Below are positions 19,148-28,419 of a stretch of 64,000 nucleotides of DNA, piece after piece. Position 1 is the stretch's first letter. The number at the start of each line of letters is the position of its first letter. The stretch is from the IMG/VR virus record IMGVR_UViG_3300001528_000192, positions 1 through 64,000 of that record, one strand, 5' to 3'. The notes under the pieces are model-generated. The model made no database searches and had not been told where the DNA came from. It saw only the letters and a list, made by a program, of their open reading frames with translations. This stretch comes from a virus (lineage: Duplodnaviria; Heunggongvirae; Uroviricota; Caudoviricetes). Both the position numbers and the translations under genes were made by a program.

Positions 19148-19384
19148 TTATTCTACCTTTAATATGTCTCGGTTCCACCAGTCAGTTAATTCCTGAAAGG
19201 AGATTCCGAATGTATCTTCAAATTTATCTTCTGGTACGGTCTCTATACCTATCCGTATAGCCCAATGCCAACAAGCCTGAGTTTCTTCTAGTGGAATTGG
19301 TTTTTCACATAACCAAGTATCGTCCATTAAACAGTCTAGAAACTCTCTATGTTCCTCCTTAAATTTATTAATTTTATCATTCAT
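19148..19384 (-). CDS. Hypothetical protein
   Basis: 78-aa ORF between two tRNAs. Confidence 0.4.
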   Translation of the reverse strand: MNDKINKFKEEHREFLDCLMDDTWLCEKPIPLEETQACWHWAIRIGIETVPEDKFEDTFGISFQELTDWWNRDILKVE

Positions 19385-19386
19385 AG

Positions 19387-19473
19387 CGGAGAGTAGAGGA
19401 TTCGAACCTCTGAACCAATTACTCGATCAACGTCTTAGCAGGACGCCGCTTTCGACCACTCAGCCAACTCTCC
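19387..19473 (-). tRNA. tRNA-Ser (anticodon GCT)
   Basis: The acceptor is GGAGAGT/ACTCTCC. The anticodon loop is CTGCTAA. It has a long variable arm. Confidence 0.8.
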
Positions 19474-19480
19474 TAGAGAA

Positions 19481-19711
19481 TTACTTCTCTTCACCATTAA
19501 GCATTGCTGCCACGATAGCTCCTTGGAACAAGCTCTTAAGCTCTGGTTGCTGAATCATCATACTAATGAGTGTATTCTTCAGAACATTCTCTCCCTTAGA
19601 ACCAATGAAAGCAGCACTCTGGTTGCCGTCACTTACAATGCATACAACACTTTTTACTTCGTTAAAGCTATCGAGAACTTCAGTAGCTTTCTTTTTTAAA
19701 TCTTCTTTCAT
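19481..19711 (-). CDS. Hypothetical protein
   Basis: 76-aa ORF. Confidence 0.4.
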   Translation of the reverse strand: MKEDLKKKATEVLDSFNEVKSVVCIVSDGNQSAAFIGSKGENVLKNTLISMMIQQPELKSLFQGAIVAAMLNGEEK

Positions 19712-19740
19712 AATTAAATATTTAATTAGTTAATCTATTG

Positions 19741-19815
19741 GGTCACATCTGGGAGTCGAACCCATTCTTCAATGTTCACAGCATTGCGTGCTAACCGTTA
19801 CACTAAATGGACCAT
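19741..19815 (-). tRNA. tRNA-His-like (anticodon GTG) with an irregular, bulged acceptor stem
   Basis: The D-arm GTGT/ACGC, the anticodon arm CAATG CTGTGAA CATTG and the T-loop TTCGACT are all clean. The acceptor pairs only if one nucleotide is bulged. Confidence 0.4.
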
Positions 19816-19817
19816 TC

Positions 19818-20141
19818 TCATAACACCTTTATATATAGGTCTTTTGGATAGGTAGGAAATACTGCTAATGTCACGGGACATAGCCAAATTTCCCCACTAA
19901 AGTTAGGAGCATTCACCCCATAAGTAGCTCCAAATTCATCCTCAGAAACTCTACTAAGGTGTATGTAATCCTTTATAGGATCTGTAGATACTTCAATAGA
20001 AACTCTTGTATTTCCATTACAGAGGGAATCTAGAAGTAAATCTGCACCTGCTACCATTTGTAAGTCAGATACATCTCCTTCCCAAGGAATATCTACGAAC
20101 CAACGTTCAGATAGTTTGACAAAAGATAATATTTTCTTCAT
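19818..20141 (-). CDS. Hypothetical protein
   Basis: 107-aa ORF. Confidence 0.4.
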   Translation of the reverse strand: MKKILSFVKLSERWFVDIPWEGDVSDLQMVAGADLLLDSLCNGNTRVSIEVSTDPIKDYIHLSRVSEDEFGATYGVNAPNFSGEIWLCPVTLAVFPTYPKDLYIKVL

Positions 20142-20237
20142 TTTATCTAATTTTTCTATTTCTAAATATAGCTGAGACCATTATTACCTGAAAAATAATA
20201 AATGCAATTATTAAAATGGTTAAGAAATAACCCATAG

Positions 20238-20308
20238 AGGGTAGTGAGGGAGTCGAACCCTCTTGCACGGTTTTGCAGACCGTGACCTAGCCGTTCGGAC
20301 AACTACCC
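20238..20308 (-). tRNA. tRNA-Cys (anticodon GCA)
   Basis: The acceptor is GGGTAGT/ACTACCC. The anticodon arm is ACGGT CTGCAAA ACCGT. Confidence 0.8.
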
Positions 20309-20520
20309 TTAAAACAGAATACATTTTAGAAATTAACCACAATAACTCTACGATAAAGTTGCTGATAGTATTCTTATTCAAACAATATATAAAAAATGGA
20401 CTCAAAACAAAGACGGAATGCAACTAGAAATGTTCAAGATTAAAAGTCTTGTATTATAGTCTGGGCTTGCTGTATGCATTCCTATAACAATCTTCTAAAT
20501 ATACAATATTTAATAGTGGA

Positions 20521-20565
20521 GATGGAGGGATTCGAACCCTCGTCTTACATATTTGCATCAAAACG
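20521..20565 (-). other. tRNA 3'-fragment-like element (T-arm GAGGG TTCGAAT CCCTC plus acceptor-like CATCTCC) with no detectable 5' partner
   Basis: A canonical T-arm is present. No complementary 5' acceptor strand was found within 120 nt. Confidence 0.2.
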
Positions 20566-21015
20566 TACTTACAGCTTAGGTTTTAAAGACTATCCTTGTC
20601 TGTTAGGGCTGACAGGATTGATATTCTGTCAACTTCCACCACTCTGTTCCTAAAGTTTACAGAGAACTTACATGAGGGAAACTTTATACTTAGATTAATA
20701 CTCAACCGCGCTGCTAATATTAGCACTAATAGCTTCCTTACGGATATGATGGGCATTTCTTTATGTTGCCTACCCTTCTACCTTGGAGCACGGACTCTCA
20801 GGCAACCCCTCTAAACTCACACCTTTCTGTTCCTAAGCAAGTGCTGCTCGGCTTATTAGGCAGCAGCCTGATAAGCAGGAGTCATATTGATAACTCTAGC
20901 ATTTATTGTTTCGTTGTCTTTCCAACTGTCTTGCTGTGTTTCTTATCGCCTATGCAATCAAAACCAAAACATCCCCATAATAAGCAGTTTCATGTCATGC
21001 TTGGGACTTTCTCTC

Positions 21016-21537
21016 TTATACCATGTCTTTTAATAGTCCAGTATAGTTTGGATGACTAGCATATCCAATTCGATTTAGGAAGACATAATAATTACCTCCA
21101 TCATATCTATCAGATATGCATTTCTTATAATCCTTCACACATTCTGTCCAATGAGAATATCGTCTATACCGATTTCCCTTTTTAAGTCCAAAGATATTCT
21201 GATGGGTACGAACTAAATCGGACTTAAAGTTTCCAGACTCAAGCTTGGCTTGAGCAAGTACAATATTTGCGTGAGGAATATTGTTCTTAGCGAGTTCTTC
21301 CTTTAAGTTAGTTTCGTTAAGAACCTTTGGCTTAGCAATCTGTTTCATCTGTGCAACCTTGACATTCTTGTCCTTAGATGTAACCTTTGCCGAATCCTTT
21401 ACCATTTCAATACGAATAGTATTTTCTGATGGTTTAGGAGTACTTTTAGGCACTGAAATTAGGGTGATTAAAGCGCCAAGGATTAAACCTATCATTAGGT
21501 AAAACCCATTTTGATAAATCTGTTGTTTCATAATCAT
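21016..21537 (-). CDS. Membrane-anchored glucosaminidase-family peptidoglycan hydrolase
   Basis: It has an N-terminal transmembrane helix. AQAKLESGNFKSDLVRTHQNIFGLKKG matches the mannosyl-glycoprotein endo-beta-N-acetylglucosaminidase (FlgJ-like) motif. Confidence 0.65.
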   Translation of the reverse strand: MIMKQQIYQNGFYLMIGLILGALITLISVPKSTPKPSENTIRIEMVKDSAKVTSKDKNVKVAQMKQIAKPKVLNETNLKEELAKNNIPHANIVLAQAKLESGNFKSDLVRTHQNIFGLKKGNRYRRYSHWTECVKDYKKCISDRYDGGNYYVFLNRIGYASHPNYTGLLKDMV

Positions 21538-21569
21538 AGTTATTAATTAATAAAATACTAATCTAAAAC

Positions 21570-21650
21570 AGGAACCTATTCTTTCGTTAACTGCTGCTCT
21601 AAACCAGCTGAGCTACCTCTAAGAGGATTGGATTCGAACCAATGACTTGC
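21570..21650 (-). other. Scrambled tRNA-like region: a canonical D-arm-like and a T-arm-like segment in the wrong order for a single tRNA
   Basis: The minus-strand sense has a canonical D-arm-like segment (GCTC AGCTGGTTTA GAGC) in the wrong position relative to the T-arm-like segment ATTGG TTCGAAT CCAAT. The palindrome CCTCTTAGAGG lies between them. Confidence 0.2.
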
Positions 21651-21704
21651 GGTTTTGTAAAGAAATTAATTGCTGTTAGATTCCTTGTTAAATATGTCAA
21701 AAAC

Positions 21705-21777
21705 GTAAACGGCGTCTAGGTGAAAGGACTCGAACCTTCAACATCTGCATCCCAAATGCAGGAGCCTACCCATTGAC
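21705..21777 (-). tRNA. tRNA-Pro (anticodon TGG)
   Basis: The acceptor is CTAGGTG/CACCTAG. The anticodon arm is CTGCA TTTGGGA TGCAG. The T-loop is TTCGAGT. Confidence 0.7.
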
Positions 21778-21900
21778 CGACACCTAGATAAACAGAAGAC
21801 TTATTTGTACTTACTTGATCCCTAATCGAGTGTATAAAATATTTGCTGTTAGTCTTCTTATCTATTAACAAAACAATAAAAAATGAAAAGTATTCAGTCG

Positions 21901-21945
21901 AGGTGCATGAGGATTTGAACCTCTAATTCCCTTAAAGAATGCACC
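21901..21945 (-). other. Truncated tRNA-like minihelix (perfect 7-bp acceptor GGTGCAT/ATGCACC plus T-arm, 15-nt linker only)
   Basis: The sense sequence is GGTGCAT-TCTTTAAGGGAATTA-GAGG TTCAAAT CCTC-ATGCACC-T. It has no D-arm or anticodon arm. Confidence 0.3.
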
Positions 21946-22012
21946 TAAACAGAGAACTTAAAAGAATCATTAACCGTTAGCAGAATTGCTGAAGTTCCCT
22001 TGTAAGAGTGAA

Positions 22013-23461
22013 TTATTCTACATTGTTATAGTTCTCCAGCGAATCATCGAAATAGTTTTCAGCCATTGCGATGAACTGCTTAGTACGCTTCTTGTCTACA
22101 TCAAGACACTCCTTAAGAGCTTCTACAAGTCTCTTCTCAGGAGTTTGAGACATATCCTTCTTCTGAGAAAGCTTAACCTGATGCAGATAAGACTTAACAG
22201 AGTTAAGAATGTACTCTGCCTTCACAATACACTCATCTGTGAGTACCATCATAGACTTAACCTTCTCAATGATTTCTGCCATGAACGCAGGAGCAATATT
22301 ATTTGCCTCAATGAACTTACAAACCTCTGTAAGATCATCTTCAATCTGGTAGCAGCCAATCTCGAAAGATTTACGGATAAACTCCTCTGCTGTAGCAGCA
22401 TCAAGAGTACCCATAGAAATGATGGTACCAACTCGCTTACCTCTTAAGAAGGTAGGCTCAATGAGTTCGATGTGGTTAGTAGTGAACAACGTAATGACAT
22501 TCATGTCTTTAGTGTCACCACCATCCAATGTGTTGAGAATATCCTGCATAGCAGAATCACGATTACCTCGTGTTACTTGGTCAATATCCTCAACGAAGAT
22601 TACAACGCCATGTCCAGACTGATCAATGATCTTGGACATACGAAGAGATTCTGCTAAGAGCTTTGGATCCTTCAGATATATGAACATCCAATTGTTCTTA
22701 ACGGCTTCACGAGCAAGCTTGAAGGCTAGAAGAGTTTTACCAGTTCCATAACCTCCCTCTAACAATGCTCCAAACTTCAATGGAATACCTTTCTCAAGAC
22801 ACTTTTCAGGATTGAGAATACGAGCATTGATTGGACGAAGAGCATACTCAGTTTCCTTACTAATAACCATTAACTGGTCATCAATGTTGCGTAGATCCAG
22901 AATTTCTGGATTGTTGATGTTGGAAATCTCAAGAGCTTGTCCCTTGTAAATCGAGTTTGTCTTCAAGTTTACCTTAGTCTGCTCGATAATGTCATCCATT
23001 AAAGATGAGAAACGGAACTGAAGTCTACCAGTAATTACCAGTTCATGTGTATCTGAACGATAATTGATGTTGATAGAGGAATCCTCACCAAGACCATCAA
23101 GCTGGATGTCTCCATAAGGAGCCTTTACTCTAGTTCCATCAGCAAGAGTAATGTCTACAGTCTGAACACTCTTCTCACCTGATGGGCTGCCGCTCTCCTT
23201 GGAAACAACAGATCCAAACACCTGTGAGATAGCCTGATTGAGCTGATAGATGCCATCATTACGGAAGCACTGAATACGATAGTTGATTTTTGCCATCTTC
23301 TTAGACTGGGCAATCTCACTCTCGATGTAGTCAAGACAATCAGCGTAAGTTGTATCTGGCAATTGCATTACCTCTATGAACTTACCCTTCATAGCCTCTT
23401 CATAATTGTTCACCTTCTGCTCAAGAACAGAACTCTTGCTTTTTCTTGCAATTTGATTCAT
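22013..23461 (-). CDS. AAA+ family ATPase
   Basis: The Walker A motif is GALLEGGYGTGKTLLA. The Walker B motif is VVIFVEDID. 482 aa. Confidence 0.8.
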   Translation of the reverse strand: MNQIARKSKSSVLEQKVNNYEEAMKGKFIEVMQLPDTTYADCLDYIESEIAQSKKMAKINYRIQCFRNDGIYQLNQAISQVFGSVVSKESGSPSGEKSVQTVDITLADGTRVKAPYGDIQLDGLGEDSSININYRSDTHELVITGRLQFRFSSLMDDIIEQTKVNLKTNSIYKGQALEISNINNPEILDLRNIDDQLMVISKETEYALRPINARILNPEKCLEKGIPLKFGALLEGGYGTGKTLLAFKLAREAVKNNWMFIYLKDPKLLAESLRMSKIIDQSGHGVVIFVEDIDQVTRGNRDSAMQDILNTLDGGDTKDMNVITLFTTNHIELIEPTFLRGKRVGTIISMGTLDAATAEEFIRKSFEIGCYQIEDDLTEVCKFIEANNIAPAFMAEIIEKVKSMMVLTDECIVKAEYILNSVKSYLHQVKLSQKKDMSQTPEKRLVEALKECLDVDKKRTKQFIAMAENYFDDSLENYNNVE

Positions 23462-23476
23462 CTGGTTTTTTTTTTG

Positions 23477-23821
23477 TTAAACTTTTAATTTATTAACTCT
23501 GCGCCTAATGTCTAGGCAGTTTTCCATAGTAGTTGTTAGACATCCGAGATGGACAATTCCATTGTCCTTAGTAATTGTAAGATTCTTTTCTGGAATTTCT
23601 CCTTTGTCTTCCCTATTTCTAATTATACGTTCTATTACAGGGAATTTAACAGCTGTGTTCTTACAAAATATTACATCTTTCTCTGGAATGTAAACAACCT
23701 CATTGCCGTTTATTTCACCTACTTTGTGTTTAGGCATACGATTAAACCAACAATAATTAAGATAACGATTAACAAGATTACTGGTCCATAAAATGGAAGT
23801 GTAACCCACCACCAAGACCAA
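23477..23821 (-). CDS. Hypothetical protein
   Basis: 114-aa ORF. Confidence 0.45.
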   Translation of the reverse strand: MVLVVGYTSILWTSNLVNRYLNYCWFNRMPKHKVGEINGNEVVYIPEKDVIFCKNTAVKFPVIERIIRNREDKGEIPEKNLTITKDNGIVHLGCLTTTMENCLDIRRRVNKLKV

Positions 23822-23919
23822 TTAATCACGCCTACTAGCTTTAATACTACAAAGGCAACACCCAATAGTCCAAGAATGCTTGGACCTTTATAAATTACTT
23901 GTTTCTCCATATGGCACAT
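23719..23919 (-). CDS. Small membrane protein (two transmembrane helices)
   Basis: 66 aa, reading ...ILGLLGVAFVVLKLVGVINWSWWWVTLPFYGPVILLIVILIIVGLIV. Confidence 0.35.
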   Translation of the reverse strand: MCHMEKQVIYKGPSILGLLGVAFVVLKLVGVINWSWWWVTLPFYGPVILLIVILIIVGLIVCLNTK

Positions 23920-23928
23920 TTAGAAAGT

Positions 23929-24001
23929 TAGAGCCCTCTGCCGGATTCGAACCGACAACTTCCTGTTTACAAGACAGGCACTCTACCATTAAAGTTAAGA
24001 G
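23929..24001 (-). tRNA. tRNA-Thr (anticodon TGT)
   Basis: The acceptor is GCCCTCT/AGAGGGC. The anticodon arm is CCTGT CTTGTAA ACAGG. Confidence 0.8.
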
Positions 24002-24068
24002 GGCATTTCGGAGGACTCCCAGTCAGTTGAGTCCTCCTACTATTAGTGAAAAGAGTTAACACCTATTC

Positions 24069-25811
24069 TCACGAACCAGTGTGAACTGTATGCTTTCTAC
24101 GTTTCCGCTTAGCTACACTAAGTTTCACGATTCTTACTCTGTTAAGTAATTCTTGATCCATTGCTGTCAAGAATAACTCTTCTGCATTCTTCGGAGCTTT
24201 GATTTCTGGTTTATTTCCTCCTAAAATGAACGCTACCGCACTTGGGTCATAGCCAGACATATAGAAGAAATTAGGAGCATCAGCAAAGTCCTCAAACTTT
24301 ACTTTATTGTCAACTCCATACCATCCATTAGGAACATCCCAAAGAATGATTTTAAAGGAGTTAACATACTCCTCACTGAATCCAGCTTCACGAAGCCTTC
24401 TGATTGCGAGTTGGAAGTTTGTAGATTTATTAGTACCACAACTATCAAACTCACCATCACTTACACATAAGATTCCGCTTGGGAAATCTTTCTCCTTAAC
24501 TCCTTCTGATTTCAACCTTATAAAGAGGTCTATTACAGATTGGAAATTGGTGCTTGTATAGTCACCACAAGTGTCATTGATATATTTATCAACTGGAGTT
24601 TTACCTTTCCACTTGTGAAGCTTACAACCGTCAGAGAACTCTGCGAATGTGTCTGCAAAATACCCCTCTAAGAACTCAGAGAAATATAATGCCATAGACT
24701 TAGCAATACAGAACGATGAGACATTACAGCCTCTAGCGGTTGAAGTCATTGAACCTGAAGTATCTCGTACTACAAGTAGAGATGACTTAGCATTTACATT
24801 CTCCTTGCCAGTTTTTACAAGTTGTGCGAACTGTGCATTGATTGTCTTCTCCTTGTAATCCTCTATGTGCCTATTGTTGTTATCGAAAGGCGCAAACAAC
24901 TCAAACACATATCCTGTAAATTTAGCTACAGGCTTAGAAGAAATCCAATCAATATATTTCTTAGTAAGATTGTGGTTCTCAAGGAATTTAGAACCTACTA
25001 AGAGTGCAAGTGCACGACCTGCAATGTGGTCAAAGTTAAGAGAAGTATACAGCTGTTGAGAGATAAGTTGCTGCCACTCATGAGCAACACCTTCAGACTT
25101 AATCTTCCGATAAGCCTTATAAGCTGATTCTTTCTCAAGTTTAGGAGAGAATCTCCTAGCCAACCACCTACCTATAAGAGTGTCTGCTTGAGATTCAAGC
25201 GTAGTACAATTCTTATTAGTTCTAATAGTTGGTAAGTACTTACGTACCAAATGAGTTGTTTCTGGATTGTTAAGTCCAGCTGAAAGAGTTAGATACAGGA
25301 AGTTCCAGTCTAACTTTCGTCCTTCCCAACCATGATATTGTAAGTCTAGAGAGAGCATCTGAATGACATCTTTCCATGAACCAGCTGCTATGAAGAGCGG
25401 AAGGTTTACTTTAAATGTTGCAGGTTGGTTGATAGCCAGCCATAGCATTCTCATAATACCCTCGTTCTTCAAGCCTTGCCCACGTTGAACATCAAGCTCT
25501 TCAACTTTGTCTTTAGTGACAATTTTTGACTTACGAGTAACGAGTCTGAAATAGAGTGCAAGTTTTACACAGAGAGTAGGATTTGAATCCCACAGAATTT
25601 GCATATCCTTTGCTACTTCCTCATAAGAACGTGGTTCTTTGAAATATGAAGCAGCAGCAAAATTATCAACAAAGTCATTTCCTGTTGTAGAATACTTCTT
25701 TGCTCCATTGCCTGACTCAGTTTCAGAAGACACTTTCAGTGCTTGCTTTACGAACTGATTCTCGGCAGGTTTAACGTCGAGAAGTGAATTTACCTTCTTT
25801 TGAAATTCCAT
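24069..25811 (-). CDS. vWA-domain-containing protein (MIDAS motif DxSGS)
   Basis: 580 aa. LLVVRDTSGSMTS is a von Willebrand factor A MIDAS motif. The gene sits next to the AAA+ ATPase gene. Confidence 0.65.
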   Translation of the reverse strand: MEFQKKVNSLLDVKPAENQFVKQALKVSSETESGNGAKKYSTTGNDFVDNFAAASYFKEPRSYEEVAKDMQILWDSNPTLCVKLALYFRLVTRKSKIVTKDKVEELDVQRGQGLKNEGIMRMLWLAINQPATFKVNLPLFIAAGSWKDVIQMLSLDLQYHGWEGRKLDWNFLYLTLSAGLNNPETTHLVRKYLPTIRTNKNCTTLESQADTLIGRWLARRFSPKLEKESAYKAYRKIKSEGVAHEWQQLISQQLYTSLNFDHIAGRALALLVGSKFLENHNLTKKYIDWISSKPVAKFTGYVFELFAPFDNNNRHIEDYKEKTINAQFAQLVKTGKENVNAKSSLLVVRDTSGSMTSTARGCNVSSFCIAKSMALYFSEFLEGYFADTFAEFSDGCKLHKWKGKTPVDKYINDTCGDYTSTNFQSVIDLFIRLKSEGVKEKDFPSGILCVSDGEFDSCGTNKSTNFQLAIRRLREAGFSEEYVNSFKIILWDVPNGWYGVDNKVKFEDFADAPNFFYMSGYDPSAVAFILGGNKPEIKAPKNAEELFLTAMDQELLNRVRIVKLSVAKRKRRKHTVHTGS

Positions 25812-25834
25812 GCTTTTTTTTTTTTACATGATTA

Positions 25835-26182
25835 TTAAAATTTTTTATAACTTCCGTCCGAGAATATCACCTTACTAAGGGTTTGCCTCATAGGTCGGAT
25901 ATAATTCTTAGGAGGATAATAAGTAATTATTTTGGATGTGCCTGATTCTATATAGGTTTTCACAATTGCCTCCTTATAACGATTAACATCATATTTAGAG
26001 GTGTATCCATATTCTACTGTAAATACTAGACAAACAATGTCTTTCCATGTGTTATTAAGTATTTCAGTCTTTATATATGGAGTGTTGTTAGAATCATAAC
26101 ATCCTTTTGCTCTCACCACTTTCTGGGAGAATGCACTCACACTTATAAGTGTAAGTAACAAAGCACATAAAATTTTCTTCAT
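25835..26182 (-). CDS. Secreted/lipoprotein-like hypothetical protein (start trimmed to MKKILCALLL)
   Basis: The signal peptide is MKKILCALLLTLISVSAFSQ. The longer ORF-track start would overlap tRNA-Leu. Confidence 0.5.
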   Translation of the reverse strand: MKKILCALLLTLISVSAFSQKVVRAKGCYDSNNTPYIKTEILNNTWKDIVCLVFTVEYGYTSKYDVNRYKEAIVKTYIESGTSKIITYYPPKNYIRPMRQTLSKVIFSDGSYKKF

Positions 26183-26199
26183 ATTAGTTACTTTTAAGG

Positions 26200-26281
26200 T
26201 CGGAGTAGTGGGACTCGAACCCACACGCATTACTGCACATGATCCTAAGTCATGCCTGGCTACCAGTTACAGCATACTCCG
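26200..26281 (-). tRNA. tRNA-Leu (anticodon TAG)
   Basis: The acceptor is CGGAGTA/TACTCCG with A73. The anticodon arm is CATGA CTTAGGA TCATG. It has a long variable arm. Confidence 0.8.
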
Positions 26282-26504
26282 TGGTGCCCGTTCTTTGTAG
26301 ATTATTAGTCCTAACCCTGGTGAACATGAGCTTAAAGATCCAGGTCTCTGCAGATAAAAGTATTACTTGTAAGCTTCTTCTAATTCCTTAGACCAAGCTT
26401 GATAAACACTAACAACTGGTTTGTGCATCATATTATGTCTTCTAGCATAATCGAGCAACCATCTTAATTCTTGTAAATCCATAGTTAATATAATTAATGT
26501 TCGT

Positions 26505-26590
26505 AGCTTCAGCGAGAGTCGAACTCGCACGGTCATTACTGACCAGAGGATTTTCATGCAGTTTTCTCTGCATAGACTATGTTACAACCA
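26505..26590 (-). other. Irregular tRNA-like element (canonical T-arm GCGAG TTCGACT CTCGC and a variable-arm-like hairpin, no clean anticodon arm)
   Basis: The sense sequence is GGTTGTA...ATGCAGAGAAAACTGCAT...GGTCAGTAATGACC...GCGAGTTCGACTCTCGCTGAAGCT. The acceptor has one mismatch and the internal hairpins have non-7-nt loops. Confidence 0.25.
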
Positions 26591-26751
26591 TGCACAATGT
26601 GTTTAGGTTCAGGGTATATAGTCGTTACACATTTATGTACTTATAGTACAATTTAGCTCGGCGTTATTACCATTTAAGGCTGGCACCTTCACCGAATTAG
26701 CCCTGTTCTACATCAGAAGTTTCCCTCTGTGCACTCACTACCTTTCTGTTT

Positions 26752-27288
26752 CTACTTCTGAAGTTCTCTGTTAAAGAGTGACAATTGGGGACAAAGTATC
26801 TGTAAATTCTCTATCCTATTATCAGTTGTATCACCATTTATGTGATGTAACTCACATACAATAGGTTTACCCATCCACTCAGAAATACCACAGCATTCAC
26901 ATTTATTTTCCTTAAGGTTTAACCTGTATACTATCGCTTTTACATTAGCACTACTCAGCGAACTATGTTCGCAAAGGTTAGATATATACTTACCTCTGTA
27001 GACTGGATTATTGGAACTAGTATTCCATCTTTGCCCAGTAAAATGTGAATAATCTACTCCAAACTCGTCCATCTTCTTTCTTAGCGTTTTGGGATTAGAA
27101 CCTTCTGGTTTTAGTCCTAAACGGCGACAAAGCTCTGCAAAAGAATAGCAATCTTTCACATTCTTCTCTAATAATTCTTTTGTATATTTTATTCTTACCA
27201 TAGTAAGGCAAATATACTCAGAGTCATTTAGTCTACCAAAAAGAATAAACTTGTTTAGAATAAGCGATTGAGAATCTTTTATTCTCAA
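26752..27288 (-). CDS. HNH homing-endonuclease-like protein
   Basis: CECCG...LHHINGDTTDNRIENLQILCP forms the HNH core. It has an N-terminal extension. Confidence 0.7.
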   Translation of the reverse strand: MRIKDSQSLILNKFILFGRLNDSEYICLTMVRIKYTKELLEKNVKDCYSFAELCRRLGLKPEGSNPKTLRKKMDEFGVDYSHFTGQRWNTSSNNPVYRGKYISNLCEHSSLSSANVKAIVYRLNLKENKCECCGISEWMGKPIVCELHHINGDTTDNRIENLQILCPQLSLFNRELQK

Positions 27289-27344
27289 GATTTGTTTTGT
27301 CGAAGTCCGCCGGGTCTACCATTCCCCCATGAAGCCATCCACCT

Positions 27345-27548
27345 TTAAAGGAGCTTATAAGCAGTTTCCATAAACTCGTCAATCAAATCATCCCTATAGA
27401 AACAATCTACATGATGCTTAAACTGCACATCTCTAGCCACATGATATTTATAATCAATGTAGTTGAAGACTTTCTGCCCTTTTCTCCACTGAGGAGGCAT
27501 TTTCTTAATCTCCTTAAAAATATCTGCTTTAAATTCTTCGTATGTCAT
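27345..27548 (-). CDS. Hypothetical protein
   Basis: 67-aa ORF. Confidence 0.4.
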   Translation of the reverse strand: MTYEEFKADIFKEIKKMPPQWRKGQKVFNYIDYKYHVARDVQFKHHVDCFYRDDLIDEFMETAYKLL

Positions 27549-27618
27549 AATTTATTAGTTTTCAAAATAGTCCTGTACGATTTGAGCATTGTTAAGAGGC
27601 TTGACAGGAAATTAGTTA

Positions 27619-27665
27619 GTGTATAGAGAATCGAACTCTATTTGTGACCATCACACCACAACATC
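27619..27665 (-). other. Truncated tRNA-like minihelix (T-arm TAGAG TTCGATT CTCTA plus 4-5-bp acceptor)
   Basis: The sense sequence is GTGTGATGGTCACAAA-TAGAG TTCGATT CTCTA-TACAC. It has the same architecture as the elements at 3388-3434 and 21901-21945. Confidence 0.2.
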
Positions 27666-28017
27666 AGGAGTATTCTCCCTTTGAGAATATCCTATAAAAG
27701 TTAATCTTAATTTCTAACTGGAATCATACAACTAGGTGTTAAAAGTGTAGATTCACTGATACGATTAAAGTACCATTTAACAGCTTTCTTAATTACCTTC
27801 ATCATTTTAACTAGTTTTAGTAAATAACCATTTAATCTTACGCATAAGGATTTAAGTATCCTTTCTCATACAACTCTGAGTACTTTCTAAAGTACCAGCT
27901 TACTGCTCTTTTTACAAATTTAAACATACTCATTTAATTTTAAAAGTTAAATAATATCAATTAGTAAGATTAGCATGACCCGATTCACACCACGTGGAGG
28001 TTCTTACTATGTGAATC

Positions 28018-28091
28018 TTACGGGAGGAGGATTCGAACCTCCGACCTTCAGCTTATGAGGCTGACGAGCTACCAACTGCTACCATCCCGCG
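28018..28091 (-). tRNA. tRNA-Met (anticodon CAT), initiator-like (C1-A72 mismatch)
   Basis: The anticodon arm is TCAGC CTCATAA GCTGA. The T-loop is TTCGAAT. The acceptor is CGCGGGA/TCCCGTA with its first pair unpaired. Confidence 0.7.
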
Positions 28092-28214
28092 ATATTAAGG
28101 TATCAGGCGATTAGATAGACTCACGCAACGACTATGTTCCTTACGAACAGTTCGCTATCTTACGATTGGAGGGCATTGTCTAAATTAACCTTGTTTGCGG
28201 TTTCTATACCTTAG

Positions 28215-28288
28215 TAGCGGAAGTAGGGCTTGAACCTACGACCTCAACATTATGAATGTTGCGCTCTAACCAACTGAGCTATTCCGCC
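28215..28288 (-). tRNA. tRNA-Met (anticodon CAT), elongator-like (or tRNA-Ile2 if lysidinylated)
   Basis: The sense sequence is GGCGGAATAGCTCAGTTGGTTAGAGCGCAACATTCATAATGTTG...GTAGGTTCAAGCCCTACTTCCGCT. It has a canonical cloverleaf. Confidence 0.8.
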
Positions 28289-28419
28289 ATTTTGCCTCTT
28301 CTTTATCGTGTAGTAAGGCTTAAGAACACGTATAGCCCGAAGACTATCCACACACGATTCTCACGAACAGTAGTACTGCTATTTGATTCAAACAGCGTCT
28401 ATGATTATTTATCACCTGG

